A stretch of 64,000 bases of DNA from Spironucleus salmonicida (Eukaryota): the NCBI RefSeq assembly GCF_000497125.1, contig NC_090602.1, forward strand, positions 1,302,001 through 1,366,000, given 5' to 3'. This document shows, piece after piece, positions 37,724 through 50,933 of the stretch. The notes under the pieces are model-generated. The model worked only from the letters and a program-made list of their open reading frames with translations, ran no database searches and had not been told where the DNA came from. How positions within the stretch are numbered: position 1 is the first letter of the stretch; every line of letters starts with the position of its first letter. The translations under genes were made by a program, and so were the position numbers.

Positions 37724-38503
37724 ATGGATATTTCAGGCTTTTTTTATTAAAGATTAGAATCACCTCCTAGTCAGCATAAAATGGTTAAAACTCCTATATA
37801 AATTTTATTAGATATATCTAGGTAGACTATTTCTGATACATTACTAAAGCTTAAATAGAATGAATTTCGATTTGCTTAAAAACCACTTAATTCTGATTCT
37901 AAGACTTACTTTACAAAAAGGTAAGCAATTTAATTTGAGTCAGAATTAATGTAAGGACTATATGATGTACTTCGAAGATTAAAAAGTGTTGGGTTTCAGG
38001 AAACTGAGCCATAAACTTTATAAGAGATAATGGCTAGAAGCCAAGTAATTTTGCTATAAAATTATTGGTAAAGTGCTATTGCATTAGTTATTTAAGAGTG
38101 TAGAGACGCTATGCTAATTGTAGAGAAGACTCGCCCTAAAACTCATTATGAGTATTTTGAACCAGAAGTATTAGATGATTATTGGAGTCAATAGGAGTAG
38201 TAACTGACAGCTTAAAGCAATTTTTCAAACTAGCTTTAAGAATATGTGCAGGCTAGATAAGTTTAGCAAGATATTTTTGAAATATAAAAAATCTAAGAGG
38301 TATTTGTAGAAAACTTATAGTCTTAAGGAGATCAAATTTTAAGAATTTAAGATATTAATTTGTAAAGCGAGGAGACACTATAATAGGCAAATAAATATTT
38401 AATTCGGGCAAAGAAAAACTTAGAAGACTCAACTAAAACGACTGTTGTTTTGATGTCAATTGCTATTGCAGGACTATGGTATTTAGATGCTGTCAGAAAG
38501 TGA
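37724..38503 (+). CDS. Qa-SNARE, syntaxin 18/Ufe1-like, 259 aa
   Basis: SNARE motif IQEVFVENLQSQGDQI...ANKYLIRA plus a C-terminal TM ending LWYLD. Confidence 0.78.
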
Positions 38504-38624
38504 CAACATTATGATTATTTTGTATATTTTAGTGAATGATTTGCTGTTTCTTATAAGTGAATCAAATACAAAATTTAAGACAAATTAATTACATATTATA
38601 TTTTAATAATACGACATCATTTAA

Positions 38625-39650
38625 ATGCAATCACTATTTCTTCTTTCAAAATCTGGTAAGCCTATATTTGTTATCAATGAAGATAACAAGCTCAATTATG
38701 TAGTCGCTTATCAAGCGTTAAACACATTATTTACTACACCTGCTAAAACCTTAAAAATGGGAGCAATCACTTTAGTATATAAAAATATGGAATATGCAGA
38801 TTTATTTGTGTTTTGCGATATTTTGCCATTATTTTCATAAAATTACATTAATATGATCTCTAATATTATATTGTCTGCATTTTCAGGCAAATTTTTAGAC
38901 GTTCTTTAATAATAGAATAATTCTGATTTAGAAAATGAATTTTTATAATATAAGCCATTAATTACTGAAGTAATTTAGTTACTTAATAAGTATCCATATT
39001 TTGTGATGTTACATCATGAAAAATTATTAAATAAAATATAAATGGAAGACCTATTTGATAAAAATTCTGTTCTAGCATTAATATATAATGAAAAAGGAAT
39101 AATTTCATTTTTCCAGAACTCAAAAGTAAAGTTACATAATTTTAATGAGAATGAAGAAGTGAAATCGCTTGAAATTCAGACATTCTACTTATTTGCTTTA
39201 AAAGAAGCCAAATAAATGACCATCAGCTCAATTTCTAAAAACTCTAAATTTAATATTAATATATTTACGTATCACGACAACTATAAACTAGCTATATTAT
39301 CAAATTCGACAATTTCTTAATCAAACACTAATCTTAACCTTAATTTCCAATCTGCAATTTAGCTTAAACTTCCATAGCGAATTTAATCTTTATCAGTTAT
39401 TAAAAGATCATAGAATCGAGGTATTTAAATTGGAAAGGTACAAATCAACTAGTTAGAAGCAGCTCTAGAGGCTGTTAGCGAAGGTAGCTCTGTTGTTATT
39501 GAGGCTCAAAATTTCTGCACAACGGCGTGGTGTTATGGTGAGTATGTTATATGCATCGTAAGCAAGCAGACCGAATTAAAGTTTGGTCTTAAAATGTAAG
39601 TAGAAATATTAAGAGCAGTTTTTGAGTACTTCGCATATCGTACTTGGTGA
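38625..39650 (+). CDS. Mon1/SAND-like longin-domain protein, 341 aa
   Basis: N-terminal LFLLSKSGKPIF matches the Mon1 FILS.AGKPI motif. Confidence 0.65.
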
Positions 39651-39739
39651 GAATAATGATTGATTTGGATATTATTGATATAATTGTTATCGTATAGAAT
39701 TACATAAATAGTGTATTGTAATGAATAAATATTATCAAT

Positions 39740-41017
39740 TCACCATATTGTAATGTCAACCTCAGCTCCTGTGTTAATATTTTCAAGAAATACTTACCCA
39801 TCTTCTAAAATTACTTTGACATCCTCTTAGCCTTATACAAATTTCGCATTTGTTGCAAATAACTTCCAATATTGTGAAATTTCAATTTTTGATCTAGCAG
39901 AAATTTCTCCTGTAACAAATTTTAGGGACAGCGACTGATTCTCAAAGTAAAATGTTTATTTGACATGTGTCCCAAAAACAGCCGAAAAATATGGATAACT
40001 AAGTTATTAAATAATTTCAGGTTACTATAAAAGCGATATTGCATTAAGGTCTCCATACCCTTTTAAAGAAGGATAAATCCACGTTTTACCACTTATTTAT
40101 GTAAGCTATTACTTTATAATACTAAAGTCTCTTCCGAATTAACCTATAATAAAATTAGATTAAGTATTATCTTCTACAGCTTAAAAATTACTTTTAAATT
40201 TGTCTAATATTTTTGTATTGTCAATATAATTATAAATTAGGCAATTATCAGATATTATTTCACCAAATTTATCAAATACATCATTGATCGCCCCTGAAAT
40301 CAGAATAGATTTATTTGTATTTATACTTTGTAAAACTTTAGAATAAAACTAAGGTAAAATATCTGAATTCAGATTATTGATATAATTCCCATATTATGGT
40401 TCTGTAAAAGGTATATAACTAATAATGTTATCAAAATAATCAAATTCCTTTATCACAACTTTCCAAAATTACTAAATGATGTCCATAAAGCTATCATTAA
40501 AATATAAATGTTCAACTCCATTAATATTATAATAAGTTTATTCTGGAGTTATAAGTTTACACTGATCTTAGTTTATGGATCCGTTACTATTTCTAGTTAT
40601 CTGTTGCAATAATGGATATGGAAATTCATGAGATGAATCTGTGGGTAAAGTTTAGCCAAGTAACCACTATGGAAACCCTTAACCGCAATTTAGTTCACTT
40701 AGATGTTTTTAATACATTGCAATAATTACGCTAATGTTATTATCTTTACAAAGTTAAACTACTCTTTTCATCTCAGATAAATAACTTTAACTTGGAGTAT
40801 TATCTTTTTAAAATAATCCAGGTAGCATAAAGTTTAACTGTATAAGATTAATTTTGTTTCTTTATAAAAATTTAACATCGTCATATGAAAAGCTATTATC
40901 ATCGAATCCTAATTACGTTGGATAGTAAGGATATTATATAGGAGTAACTTGTACCCCTTTATAGTACATAAAAGCTTCACCATCAGTGTTACAAAGCTAT
41001 AGTATCAAGACTAACAT
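39740..41017 (-). CDS. GH5 endoglycoceramidase-like protein, secreted, probably inactive, 425 aa
   Basis: Short signal-like N-terminus; INLIQL, YL..MKRVV, CGQGFPQW, FWKVV..F...DNIISY..FTEP, FIIGQFG, WIY..LKGYGD. Confidence 0.72.
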
Positions 41018-41128
41018 ACTTTAAATACTTCTAATAGTTATTATACTAATAAGTATGTTATTAATTATTCGATTTATTTTATCAATTTTATATTATATAA
41101 TATTGAAAATTATTAACTTCAGTCTAAA

Positions 41129-43591
41129 ATGTCAGATAAAAAAATTATCCCACTCTCCATTGATGTTAATCATTCTAGTAATAGTTTATTAGTTTATTAT
41201 GAGCTATAAATTTCTATTCCTATTGAAGATAGTCCACCTGAAATTAAAAAGGATGTTTAATGTAAAGAAATACCGCTTTAGAATTATTCTGAAGAAGACA
41301 TTCCAGAGCTGAGAGATGCACTTCTTAAATCGTGTAAACTGATTAACCCAAAGTAAAAAGAACTTTTAGGTGTACTGCTTAAATCACTTATCACTGGTAA
41401 AAAAGTTTAAGCATGTGGTGAAATTTCCATCAATAGACTAGATGAATACATTTAAGCTATGTACGAAGATATGGTTATTAAAGTTGCAGCAACTGCCGCA
41501 ATAATGAGGCTTTGTGCAGATAAAGACAATTTAGATATAATTGCATCAAATGATCAACTTCTAGCATCATTGGCTCGTACTCTTCGTGATGATGGTCTTA
41601 GAAACATTGAAATTGCCACTAATATTTCATATATATTCTTCTTGCTATCACGCTATGAAATTTATTCACCAGCATTAATTACACATAAAGTTGTTTCATC
41701 TTTAGTAAAAATGATTGAACAAGAGGATAAAAGATATAAAGTTCTATACAAAGAAGTGGCTGAGAAGAAAAAGACAATTAATCCAAATGATAAAGCGTAA
41801 AAACTGAAATATATGCAAGAATACGAAAACTTCAAGTAGGTAATCAAGATTCAGGATAAAATGCTTTTTGCATCCCTTATGGGTATATTACACGTTTCAG
41901 AGGTAACACAAATATAAACTGGTGATGCAACGTACTTTATCCCCTTGGACAAGCTGGTTCCTTTGTTAATCTCAGTTCTAAAACGGAAACCTGTCAATGG
42001 TCAGCTTGTTATAGCGGTTGTTAATTTTCTTCACACGCTCTCTATTTAAGAAGAAGCTGCTTTACTAATCAAAAAATATAATATCACTGAATATCTAGTT
42101 AAATTAGTCTAGGAAGACTAAGATGACGAGGCATTAGAACCAGTTTTGCGTCTTCTGTACAACCTTTCATTTTCACCAGATATTCTCCATGAAATGATCT
42201 CATTGAACATCTAAGAATAGCTCGACAAATACGTTAAGCAGATCAAGTACAAGCTTATTCGTTACTTCAAGGCCGAGTGTAAGGGTGCAAAGTCTGAAGA
42301 AGAGTGTGTAGCAATAATTTGCGGTAACCATAATAATCATCCAGATGACGATCCAAAAATCGAACGTTTGGCCAAATCTGCCGCCCTCTGTGCCCGTATT
42401 GTACTCCAAATAGGTTCCACTCCATAGTCACTCCAAATTCTTGCTAAAACTGACATAGCAGTAGATTTAACACACATAATATGCTTATGTCCTCAACCAC
42501 CACTAGAAATTGTTCTGGCAATGGTGAATCTATCAAACGAAGCAAAATAAGCCGGTTATATCATGGCCACAGGTGCGCATACATCCCTAAGCTAGTAATT
42601 TGATCGGATTCGAGATGTACGATTTGCTAAAATATTCTCAAACCTCGCAATGAATACGAAGAACCAAATGCGTGACTTCAGTGCCGAATAAGCCTACGTA
42701 AGCAAGATTCTTGAAATCGCATCAGAGAGTATCGAAGACATCGAGATGGTTCATGAATGTTTAATTGTGGTTTCTGGGTGCAGTGCTAAGGCGGTTGAGG
42801 TAGGAAAGAGCAAGAACTTGTTGAAATTAGCGTTTGGTGTGCTCAATTCACCAGAAATGAAACTCAGCAGCAGTATTTAAGCCATTGGCGCTATCAGCAC
42901 AATTTTAAGCAGTCGAGATCATGTGAAGCAACTTGTTGATATGGAGGAATTCAGGTATTTGCCAGAAATTCTTTTGAGATAGTTAGTGGAAGCTATTGAT
43001 TACATGAATGCCATTTAGGAGTAAGGGTTGTTCCAGATAATATTTGGTGACTAGGACGGCTCAATCGATGAATATTAGCTAAAATTCGAGAATATGGAGT
43101 ACGATCTGCTGATTAACGTACTAATAGCAATTTTGAGAGCTTGCCAATACGGAAAGCTCAGAAAACCGTTTGCGACACGTTTGGAATTCTAAATTTTGTT
43201 GTCGAAGATCATATTTACTGGTCTCAACAGGCCAGAAAACGATCAATTGTGCCCACGTTTTATGCGATAAATTCAGAAAATTGAGGAAAAAATTGATGTC
43301 TAGAATAAGAAGCAAAAAAATACTGCGGCGTTGTTGGCAAAAATGCAGAAGAAAATTGCAGAGCAGAGCGTAGGCAAGGTTTAACCGCTGATTTTCAAGA
43401 GCGACTTGAAGGACGTGAAACTGCGAGTATGGCATTTAATCCAGGCGATTTCTGACTATATTTTCGATGTTATCATCGAAAATGAGCCTGAGGTAGCCGA
43501 GAACTTTAGAATCGCGAGATTCAGGGCTTACAACATGGAGTTTGTCGAAAAAGTCACTGGGTACGACGGTGATGACGAGGAAATAGAGTGA
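41129..43591 (+). CDS. KAP3: Kinesin-II associated protein KAP3, 820 aa
   Basis: LDEYI..MYED, LARTLRDD...IEIATNISYIFF, LRLLYNLSF, IRIARFRAYN-like FRIARFRAYN. Confidence 0.92.
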
Positions 43592-43593
43592 TT

Positions 43594-44265
43594 TCACTAT
43601 GGCATTTTCAGCAATTTTAATTTATGCTAGCTCAAAATAGATTTAACAGGGTATTCGACTTTTGTAAGTTATTTCTAATTGATTTTTTGAATGTTATTTT
43701 AGTAGACCTAGTCTCTGTGCAAGTTGAAGTTATTAATTCGTGCATTTCGCCTATACATTTCTAGATTTTGATAATTTTGCTTTTAGTACTTTTCTTGATC
43801 TTGTTCTAAAGTTCGGATTCGTTTAGATTTTAATGTGATAGCAATTTAGTCAATATCTTTTATGATTTTACCACTTTTTGTAACCTTAATTTTTTTGAAT
43901 TCTTCAACCACATTATAAAGAATAGTAGTAATATTTCTTCTAATTAGAAGATTAAGATTAGGATCCATGTAGATTCCTATTTAAATTTTGTCAGATGAAA
44001 TTTCTTGTTTATTTCCAAACATAGAAGCTAATAAGTTTTACTAAATCCGTTATTCATTTGCTATAATAATTTTAAAGTCATTATCTTGCTACAAATATGA
44101 ACAATGAGATTTGGTTCGAAAAACAGCCCTAATAAATTTTTTGGGCTCTTGTGCAGTAAAAATAAACTAACTTTTAATATTATCTTGTTATTATTTAAAC
44201 TCCTAAAAGCTATCGATTTGTTGTTGCTTTTATATTGTAGCATTACGCAATGGTACTAAATTCAT
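43594..44265 (-). CDS. Hypothetical protein, about 223 aa
   Basis: Frame from MNLVPLRNA to TAG TGA. Confidence 0.5.
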
Positions 44266-44372
44266 TTTACACACGGATCTTGATAACACATAATATAAAT
44301 CTATTAATTATTTACTGTTTATTTGACATATAATATGAATAATTAAAACAATAATTTCAGATTATCAAAAAA

Positions 44373-45074
44373 TCACTTCATATTTAATAATTATCGTTTT
44401 TTCTCCAATATAATTTGCTTTACTGGAAATTCGACTTTAGATAATTATGCTGACATAATTAGCCCTAGGTTATTTTAATATCTGTGGTTCCTTTCAATAT
44501 TATAATCCGTAATTCGTTTATCTCTTCGAAATACTTCAAGTTTCTAATAGTTATTCTTCTAATATTTTTATTAATCTTGCATTAATGTTTTAATACGCCC
44601 AGATTTTATTGAAAGCGCGACTTGATCTATATCTTTAATAATTCTATCATTTTTTGTAATTTTGAACTTTTTAAACTCTTCAATAATGTTATAGATTATA
44701 TTTTTAATATTACGCCTAATCATATGATTAAGTCCAGGATCATCATAACAATTTATTTGAATTTTATCTAATATTTCATTCGTTTTTTCTTTAATAAGGG
44801 AAGACCAATAGTTATGTTTTAACGCATTCTATCGTTTTTAAATTATCTCAAAATCATCAGAATACTATAAATAGCCCTACTTTTACTTTGTCTTAAGAAC
44901 TGCGCGTAAATACTTCTTTGTATCTTGAGATACGAAAATAGATGAAGAAGATAGCTTTTTAAATTCGGTTAAATATTCTGATTATGATTTGGTTAGTGTA
45001 TCTATTTTTTAATCGAGTATATCACTTGTAAGTAGTAACCTAGATCTGAGACAATTTTAACTGGCAGGTCTCAT
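44373..45074 (-). CDS. Hypothetical protein, 233 aa
   Basis: Frame from MRPASQNC to AAG TGA. Confidence 0.55.
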
Positions 45075-45225
45075 TTGTCTAGTATGATTATTATTTGTAT
45101 AATTAGTAATAAATGTATCTAAAATATTTAATGTTTATAAAAAGTATTGTTGTCTTTATAATCTTATATATTGTATAGTGTATTTATTTTATATAATATC
45201 CATATAAACAACTTACCACTCCAAA

Positions 45226-45462
45226 ATGAAGCCAACTTGTGATGTACCAAAAAGTAATCTTCTAATCGATATTCCCAAATTTCTTAAGAAGGCATAGGCT
45301 GAGTAAATTGAGCCTTAAATGGATGTATTAATTAAAGATATGAATGACGTACACATAAGTGAATAAAATCTAGACTGCCCAATGGTGTGCAAAATCGAAG
45401 TTATAGCAGGGTTATTTGAGATATAAAAAAAAGATAAACAGGAGGTTATTTTACCTGAGTGA
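45226..45462 (+). CDS. Small protein, NOPCHAP1/DUF4598-like, 78 aa
   Basis: SNLLIDIPKFLKKA...KIEVIAGLFE; CCACTCC upstream; ends GAG TGA. Confidence 0.55.
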
Positions 45463-45600
45463 AAATTCAATAGATTCTATATTCTATAAATATATTTTTT
45501 AGTTTACTTAATAGTTATATTTTTATAAAACCATTACAACTAGTACTTTCTAAATATTATAATTAATATCAATAATATGATAAATAATGATATGGTTAGA

Positions 45601-46857
45601 ATGTTACTCTTGATGTAAATAGAAAATTGTTATAAAAACAATTTTACCCAGTCAAACCCCTCTATAAATCAGGCTGCTATAAACATATTATTGACTAATA
45701 AAGGACTTGAGAAATATGGGATGGCTTCTGTTGATGAATAGATAGAAAAGATACTTACTGTAATGCGACTTCCTAAAATTAACCTAGATATTATGGGGGT
45801 TTCTATTGATATAGATAATGGCATTTTTACATCACTTTAAATAAAGGAAATGGATTCTTTTATTTTCAACGAATCTATTTCTTTTTAAATTAAAAATATG
45901 AGTTTAGAGATTCACTTTGAGGTTTATATTAGTTAAAAGTAATTTCCATTTTTACAGGATACTGGGCAAATTATAATATAGATGGAAAATATTGATTTAT
46001 CTACAATAGTAAGAATAGAATCTGAAGATGAATGTAAAAATAAATTTAAACCCTATCTTAAACAGACATTAATTAATATTAAAAAATTTTAGTTTACGTT
46101 TAACTGCAATCTTTAAATAATCATAAATATGATATCATAATTGTTACAAAACTAAATATCTCAATTAATTAATGGAATTTTGGGGGAGTAGATCGCCTAG
46201 GAAATTATGCTGAATTTAATGGAGTCATTTATTTTTTAGAATGAAATTATTCAGAATAATATGTCTTCAACTATAGTTACTGATTAGAGACTCATAAATG
46301 GGATTTAGATAAATGGATAATTTATGGTAGTTTCTATCACCGGCCAGCGCTGTATTTATATTGATAATTAATGCTATAATTCATTTAAATATTAATTATC
46401 TAATAAGTAATAATATTATACAAATAATGATATATAATACTAAATCGAGAAAGCAGCATTTAACAGTGGATTTGATCTATGGTTACATACTACTTAGAAG
46501 GTTAACAATGATATTATAATAAAAAATATTAAATTAATACAATTTCATAATACAGGTGCAGAGATTTAATTAAATATTTTGATAAAAGGGATAGAAAAAT
46601 AACTAGTTTTTCTCGATCTTATAAAATTTTCTCAAACAACTGGTAATGGTGGAATATTCAGAATTAAGTTAAGTAATTTAATTAAAAATGAAGGTAACGT
46701 TAATTCATCTGAAATAGCAGAAATTATATAATTCTTTGAAACTAGCTTTGAATAATATAATCTATAAGTTTCCAAGACGAATTATCTTAATCAAGATTCT
46801 CAGCTTGTTGTATATTTAGACGCTAACTGGGTGCATTTTGGAATTGATATGAAATGA
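45601..46857 (+). CDS. BPI/LBP-like lipid-binding protein, 418 aa
   Basis: Signal-like start; AAINILLTNKGLEKY...LPKINL resembles the BPI N-terminus; length fits the family. Confidence 0.68.
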
Positions 46858-47220
46858 GTTATCTTTTAATTCATTATATAGATTACTGATTGTAATAATT
46901 ACATACATAGTAAAATAATATAAATGATAAGTAGATCTTTAATTTTGCTAAAACTAATAGTTTTTATTTATAATTTATAAATTAAAAATTTGATAGAATT
47001 TCTTATCAGTTATATTTAAATAGATTGATAATAAAAATTGCTGAATCCTTAGAATAACTATATATTGTAGTATATTTAGTGTTATTTGTTTATGATTTTA
47101 TTTAATGGGATAAATAAACTGTAAATATAGTGATTAAAAAAGTAAAACTAATAGCAAAACAAGTTTCCAACATCATTTGATATAGTACTTCAAATAGGCG
47201 GAATAGATATAATATATTAT

Positions 47221-47246
47221 ATAATAATAATAATAATAATAATAAT
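47221..47246. repeat. (AAT)n microsatellite
   Basis: ataataataataataataataataat. Confidence 0.85.
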
Positions 47247-47448
47247 CCAGTTAAATTTCAATTATGATTTGAAAAAATTCCTTACAGAAATGAAAGTATG
47301 AGTTTTACTAATATTCTTTTAAACATATTAAATTTTTAGTAAATAAGATCATATATAAAAATCTGTCTTATGCTCTAATTTATCAAATTTTGTATATATT
47401 ATCGTAATAATACAATATTTATTAAGTATTGTAGTGCATGATATTTAA

Positions 47449-48405
47449 ATGCTCATTGATCTTCATTCACACTCCACTCATTCAGATGGTTCATACTCTC
47501 CATTCTTATTAATATAGCATGCCATAGCACTTAATCTGACTTATTTTGCAATAACAGATCATGATAATATCGATTCGATCAAAACACTTGAAAAATACAA
47601 ATTTCCTCATAATTTTACTTATATTCCTGGTGTTGAGATCACCACAAAATCAAAATGTAACAATGAAATATATCACTTAATAGTGTTGTTTCCATCCAAA
47701 ATGAAGCCTAATATTACACCATTTGCAGATATTTTTGAAATTTAGAAAAAAGATAGAAAAATTAGAATGGAAAAGCTTTGGATAAAAATTTAGGAAACTA
47801 ATAATCTCAATTAATCATATTAAGACTTTTAAACCTACTTTGGTACACTTAATTCAACGTAAGTTCAAAAGATCCATTTTGCATAATTTCTGACTATCAA
47901 AAATATTTGTGTGGATATCAATTCCTGTTTTAAAACCCATTTAGACATAGTAGTAAAATCTAGTGAATATCTGTTATTAGAAGATATGATTGCTTTAGCA
48001 AAACATGAAAATGCTTACCCAATTTTGGCACATCCTTACTATTTAGCGAAAAACAAATCATCTGTTGATAAGTGTATCCCTATTTACTAAACTCTTGGAC
48101 TGCGGGCGTTAGAAGTGGAACATCCAGAATAGGATTCTGACCAAAGGGATAATTTAAGAAAATTAGCTAGAGAATTGGGTCTTCAGGTAAGTATTGCAGG
48201 TGATTTTCACGGTCCTGAGCGCGAGAAAAATGGTTATTTTTTGGGAAATTTAGAGGGAAATAAACGAACTATGGAATGGGAAAAAGTATATTTGATGAAA
48301 GATATGGGATATAATTCAGGTATGGATATTTAGAAAGGCTTGGCTATGTCTGTAGCGCTTTTGGCATAAATCGGAGTTGTTATATTTATGGCTTGCCGTG
48401 GGTGA
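47449..48405 (+). CDS. PHP-domain phosphoesterase (TrpH/YciV-like) with a C-terminal hydrophobic anchor, 318 aa
   Basis: DLHSHSTHSDG, AITDHD, IPGVEIT, LAHP, LEVEHP, GDFHG; tail GLAMSVALLAQIGVVIFMACRG. Confidence 0.9.
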
Positions 48406-48792
48406 TATTTATTGGTTAAATTAGTGGATTTTTGTAATAATTCTTATATTAAAAGTTATAAGGTTACAATTTACAATATATTCTCATATGGTAGGAGATG
48501 AGCTTCTATAATTTAATTTTGATATATTTACAAAATTTGTTAAAAATCTCGTTAATATCATTCCATTAAAGTTAATTAATTAAGAATTTTGTATACTTTG
48601 GCTGTAAATAATAAATTATAGGAACTATGTGTTAATAAGCCAGATATCAAATAATGTTGTAAGGATATAAATATAAGTGTAAAATATTATTTTAATATGA
48701 TCGAAGTATACAATATTATATATATAATTAGAGTATTATATGATATTAAATATTATTACTTTAAGATCAGCAAATCCACTTCCTCAAAGTAA

Positions 48793-49392
48793 ATGCCAAT
48801 ACCTCAACCTGGATCTGCTTCACCTGATTTTACTGTTGATGTTCTTACACCTAATATGACATTCGAAAAACGTCAGCTTTCTGATTATAAAGGCAAGTAT
48901 CTTGTCGTTATGTTCTATCCTCTTGACTTCACATTCGTTTGCCCCTCTGAAATTATTAAATTTACTGAGGCTTCTGAGGAACTCAAGAAACATAATTGTG
49001 AAATAATTGTTGGCTCTTGCGATTCCCACTTCTCCCACTACGCATGGTGCTTATAAGAGCGCAAGGAAGGTGGTATCGGTGTGTGCAAGTGTGATTTATT
49101 TGCTGACAAATCTACCAAGATGGCTGAGGACTTTGGTGTATTGATCCCAGGAGAAGGTATCCCCCTCAGAGGTATTTTTATTATTTCTGATAAAGGAATC
49201 GTTCGCTCGGTTACTGTAAATGATCTTCCAGTTGGTAGATCTGTAGAAGAATGTCTTAGACTCGTCTAGGCCTTCTAATACTCTGATAAGACAGGTAACG
49301 TTATTCCTTGCGGTTGGACTCCTGAAAAGCCCGATGACGTCATCAAACCTGGTGTTGATGCTAAGAAAGAATATTTCAAGAAACATTACTGA
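48793..49392 (+). CDS. PRX1: 2-Cys peroxiredoxin (Prx1/AhpC), 199 aa
   Basis: YPLDFTFVCPSE, NDLPVGRSV, resolving motif VIPCGW. Confidence 0.97.
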
Positions 49393-49928
49393 TTTATCAC
49401 ACATTTTATTAATATTATTGTTAGTTTTCGATATTTTAATCAGTAAAGATTGTTCAATAAATAAATTATAAAATAAATAAGTATATAATGGAATGGTTCA
49501 TATATTAAACAGTATAACAATTTAATAAATTATTTTATATGAGATTATAATTCCTATTGACTTTATCATAATTTTCTTTTTGAAATCATTTCAAGTTATA
49601 AATAATACTCATTTTCGCCCTTGTTATAAGATATTACTAATAATATCATGCAACAATTTGGGTAATTAAATATATTTTGTTATAATATTGAAAATTGCTA
49701 GATAATTATTATATTTATCCTACTTATGGGTGTAGAATAATTAAATTGTTAATTATTCAATTAACTGAAAATTTTAAAGAGCTTATAATGAAATATAAAT
49801 ATGAAAATTTCACATTGTCTTGCATATTATACTGGATAATGGAAATTCAATAAAAACAAAAAATACTTTCAATAATTATATAATTATATATTCTTAATGA
49901 TATTATTTTTAAAGTAATTTTATACCAG

Positions 49929-50879
49929 ATGACCTTGACTGTTGTGGATAATGTTTCACGTTAAACTTTTCAAGTATAAATTGATACCAATAGACCATTG
50001 AGAGAATTATTCTAGATAATAGCTACATAAACTAATTAGGAAATGTAAATGTTTAGACTTATTTGTAAAGGAAAATTATTATCACAGGCTGATTATGAAA
50101 TTTAGCTAAGTGAATTAGGAATTCATTAAGAAGATACAATATAAATGTATTAAAATTTACGCCCTTCTAGAACTTAGTCAGAAGCCTCATCTTCTTAGAG
50201 TAATACTTAAAGAAATGCGTTTGATCCGTCATCGCTACTTGGTAACTAAAGCATCATAAATATACAGATGTAATAGGGCCCAAATGGTCCAGAGATAGTA
50301 TAGGCTGATTTAGATGGAGATATAGCTGGTTTTGGACCAATTAGTAATATAATAGGTGGATTAGGTAACATACTAGAAGGTAATATTTAAGGTGATGGTG
50401 TGCTTAATACAGTATTCTAAAATATTTTTTCTCATATTAATAATGGATCATAGAACTCATCGAATGATAATAATTAAAATAATGAGACTGCACAAACCCC
50501 CTCTAGACCATAAACCAGTAGACGTACATAACGTTAAGATTAACAATAGATCTAAAATGATAGTACAATGTAAAGGTTTTAAGAAATTACAAATTAAGTT
50601 TAAAGAAATACATAAACATAACAGCAAATATAATAAGAAGGCTATGGTTTAGTAATTAATTAACTCTCTACTAGAGTTAAAGCATTAGATTAAGGAACAG
50701 CGCTATAAAAGTTGTAAACTTAACGTGAGATACAGTCTATTACTAGTAGCTTAATATAAATGAGTAGATCAATCAACCCTGAGTTAAGCTAAATTTTAGA
50801 TATTCTTCAGGATGTATAGTTAACTTAGCCTTAATTAAGAAGTACTTTATAAGCAATCAGAGCACATATTTAGGAGTGA
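49929..50879 (+). CDS. N-terminal ubiquitin-like domain protein with a Q/N-rich tail, 316 aa
   Basis: FRLICKGKLL...LSELGIHQEDTIQM. Confidence 0.78.
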
Positions 50880-50933
50880 CGTTTAAAATTAATTAGTACA
50901 TGATAATTTTATATAATATTAACATCTTATAAA

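Noticed and set aside
49303-49317. IPC instead of VCP resolving motif in peroxiredoxin
   Set aside because: Known variant, recalled from Giardia peroxiredoxin; not novel.
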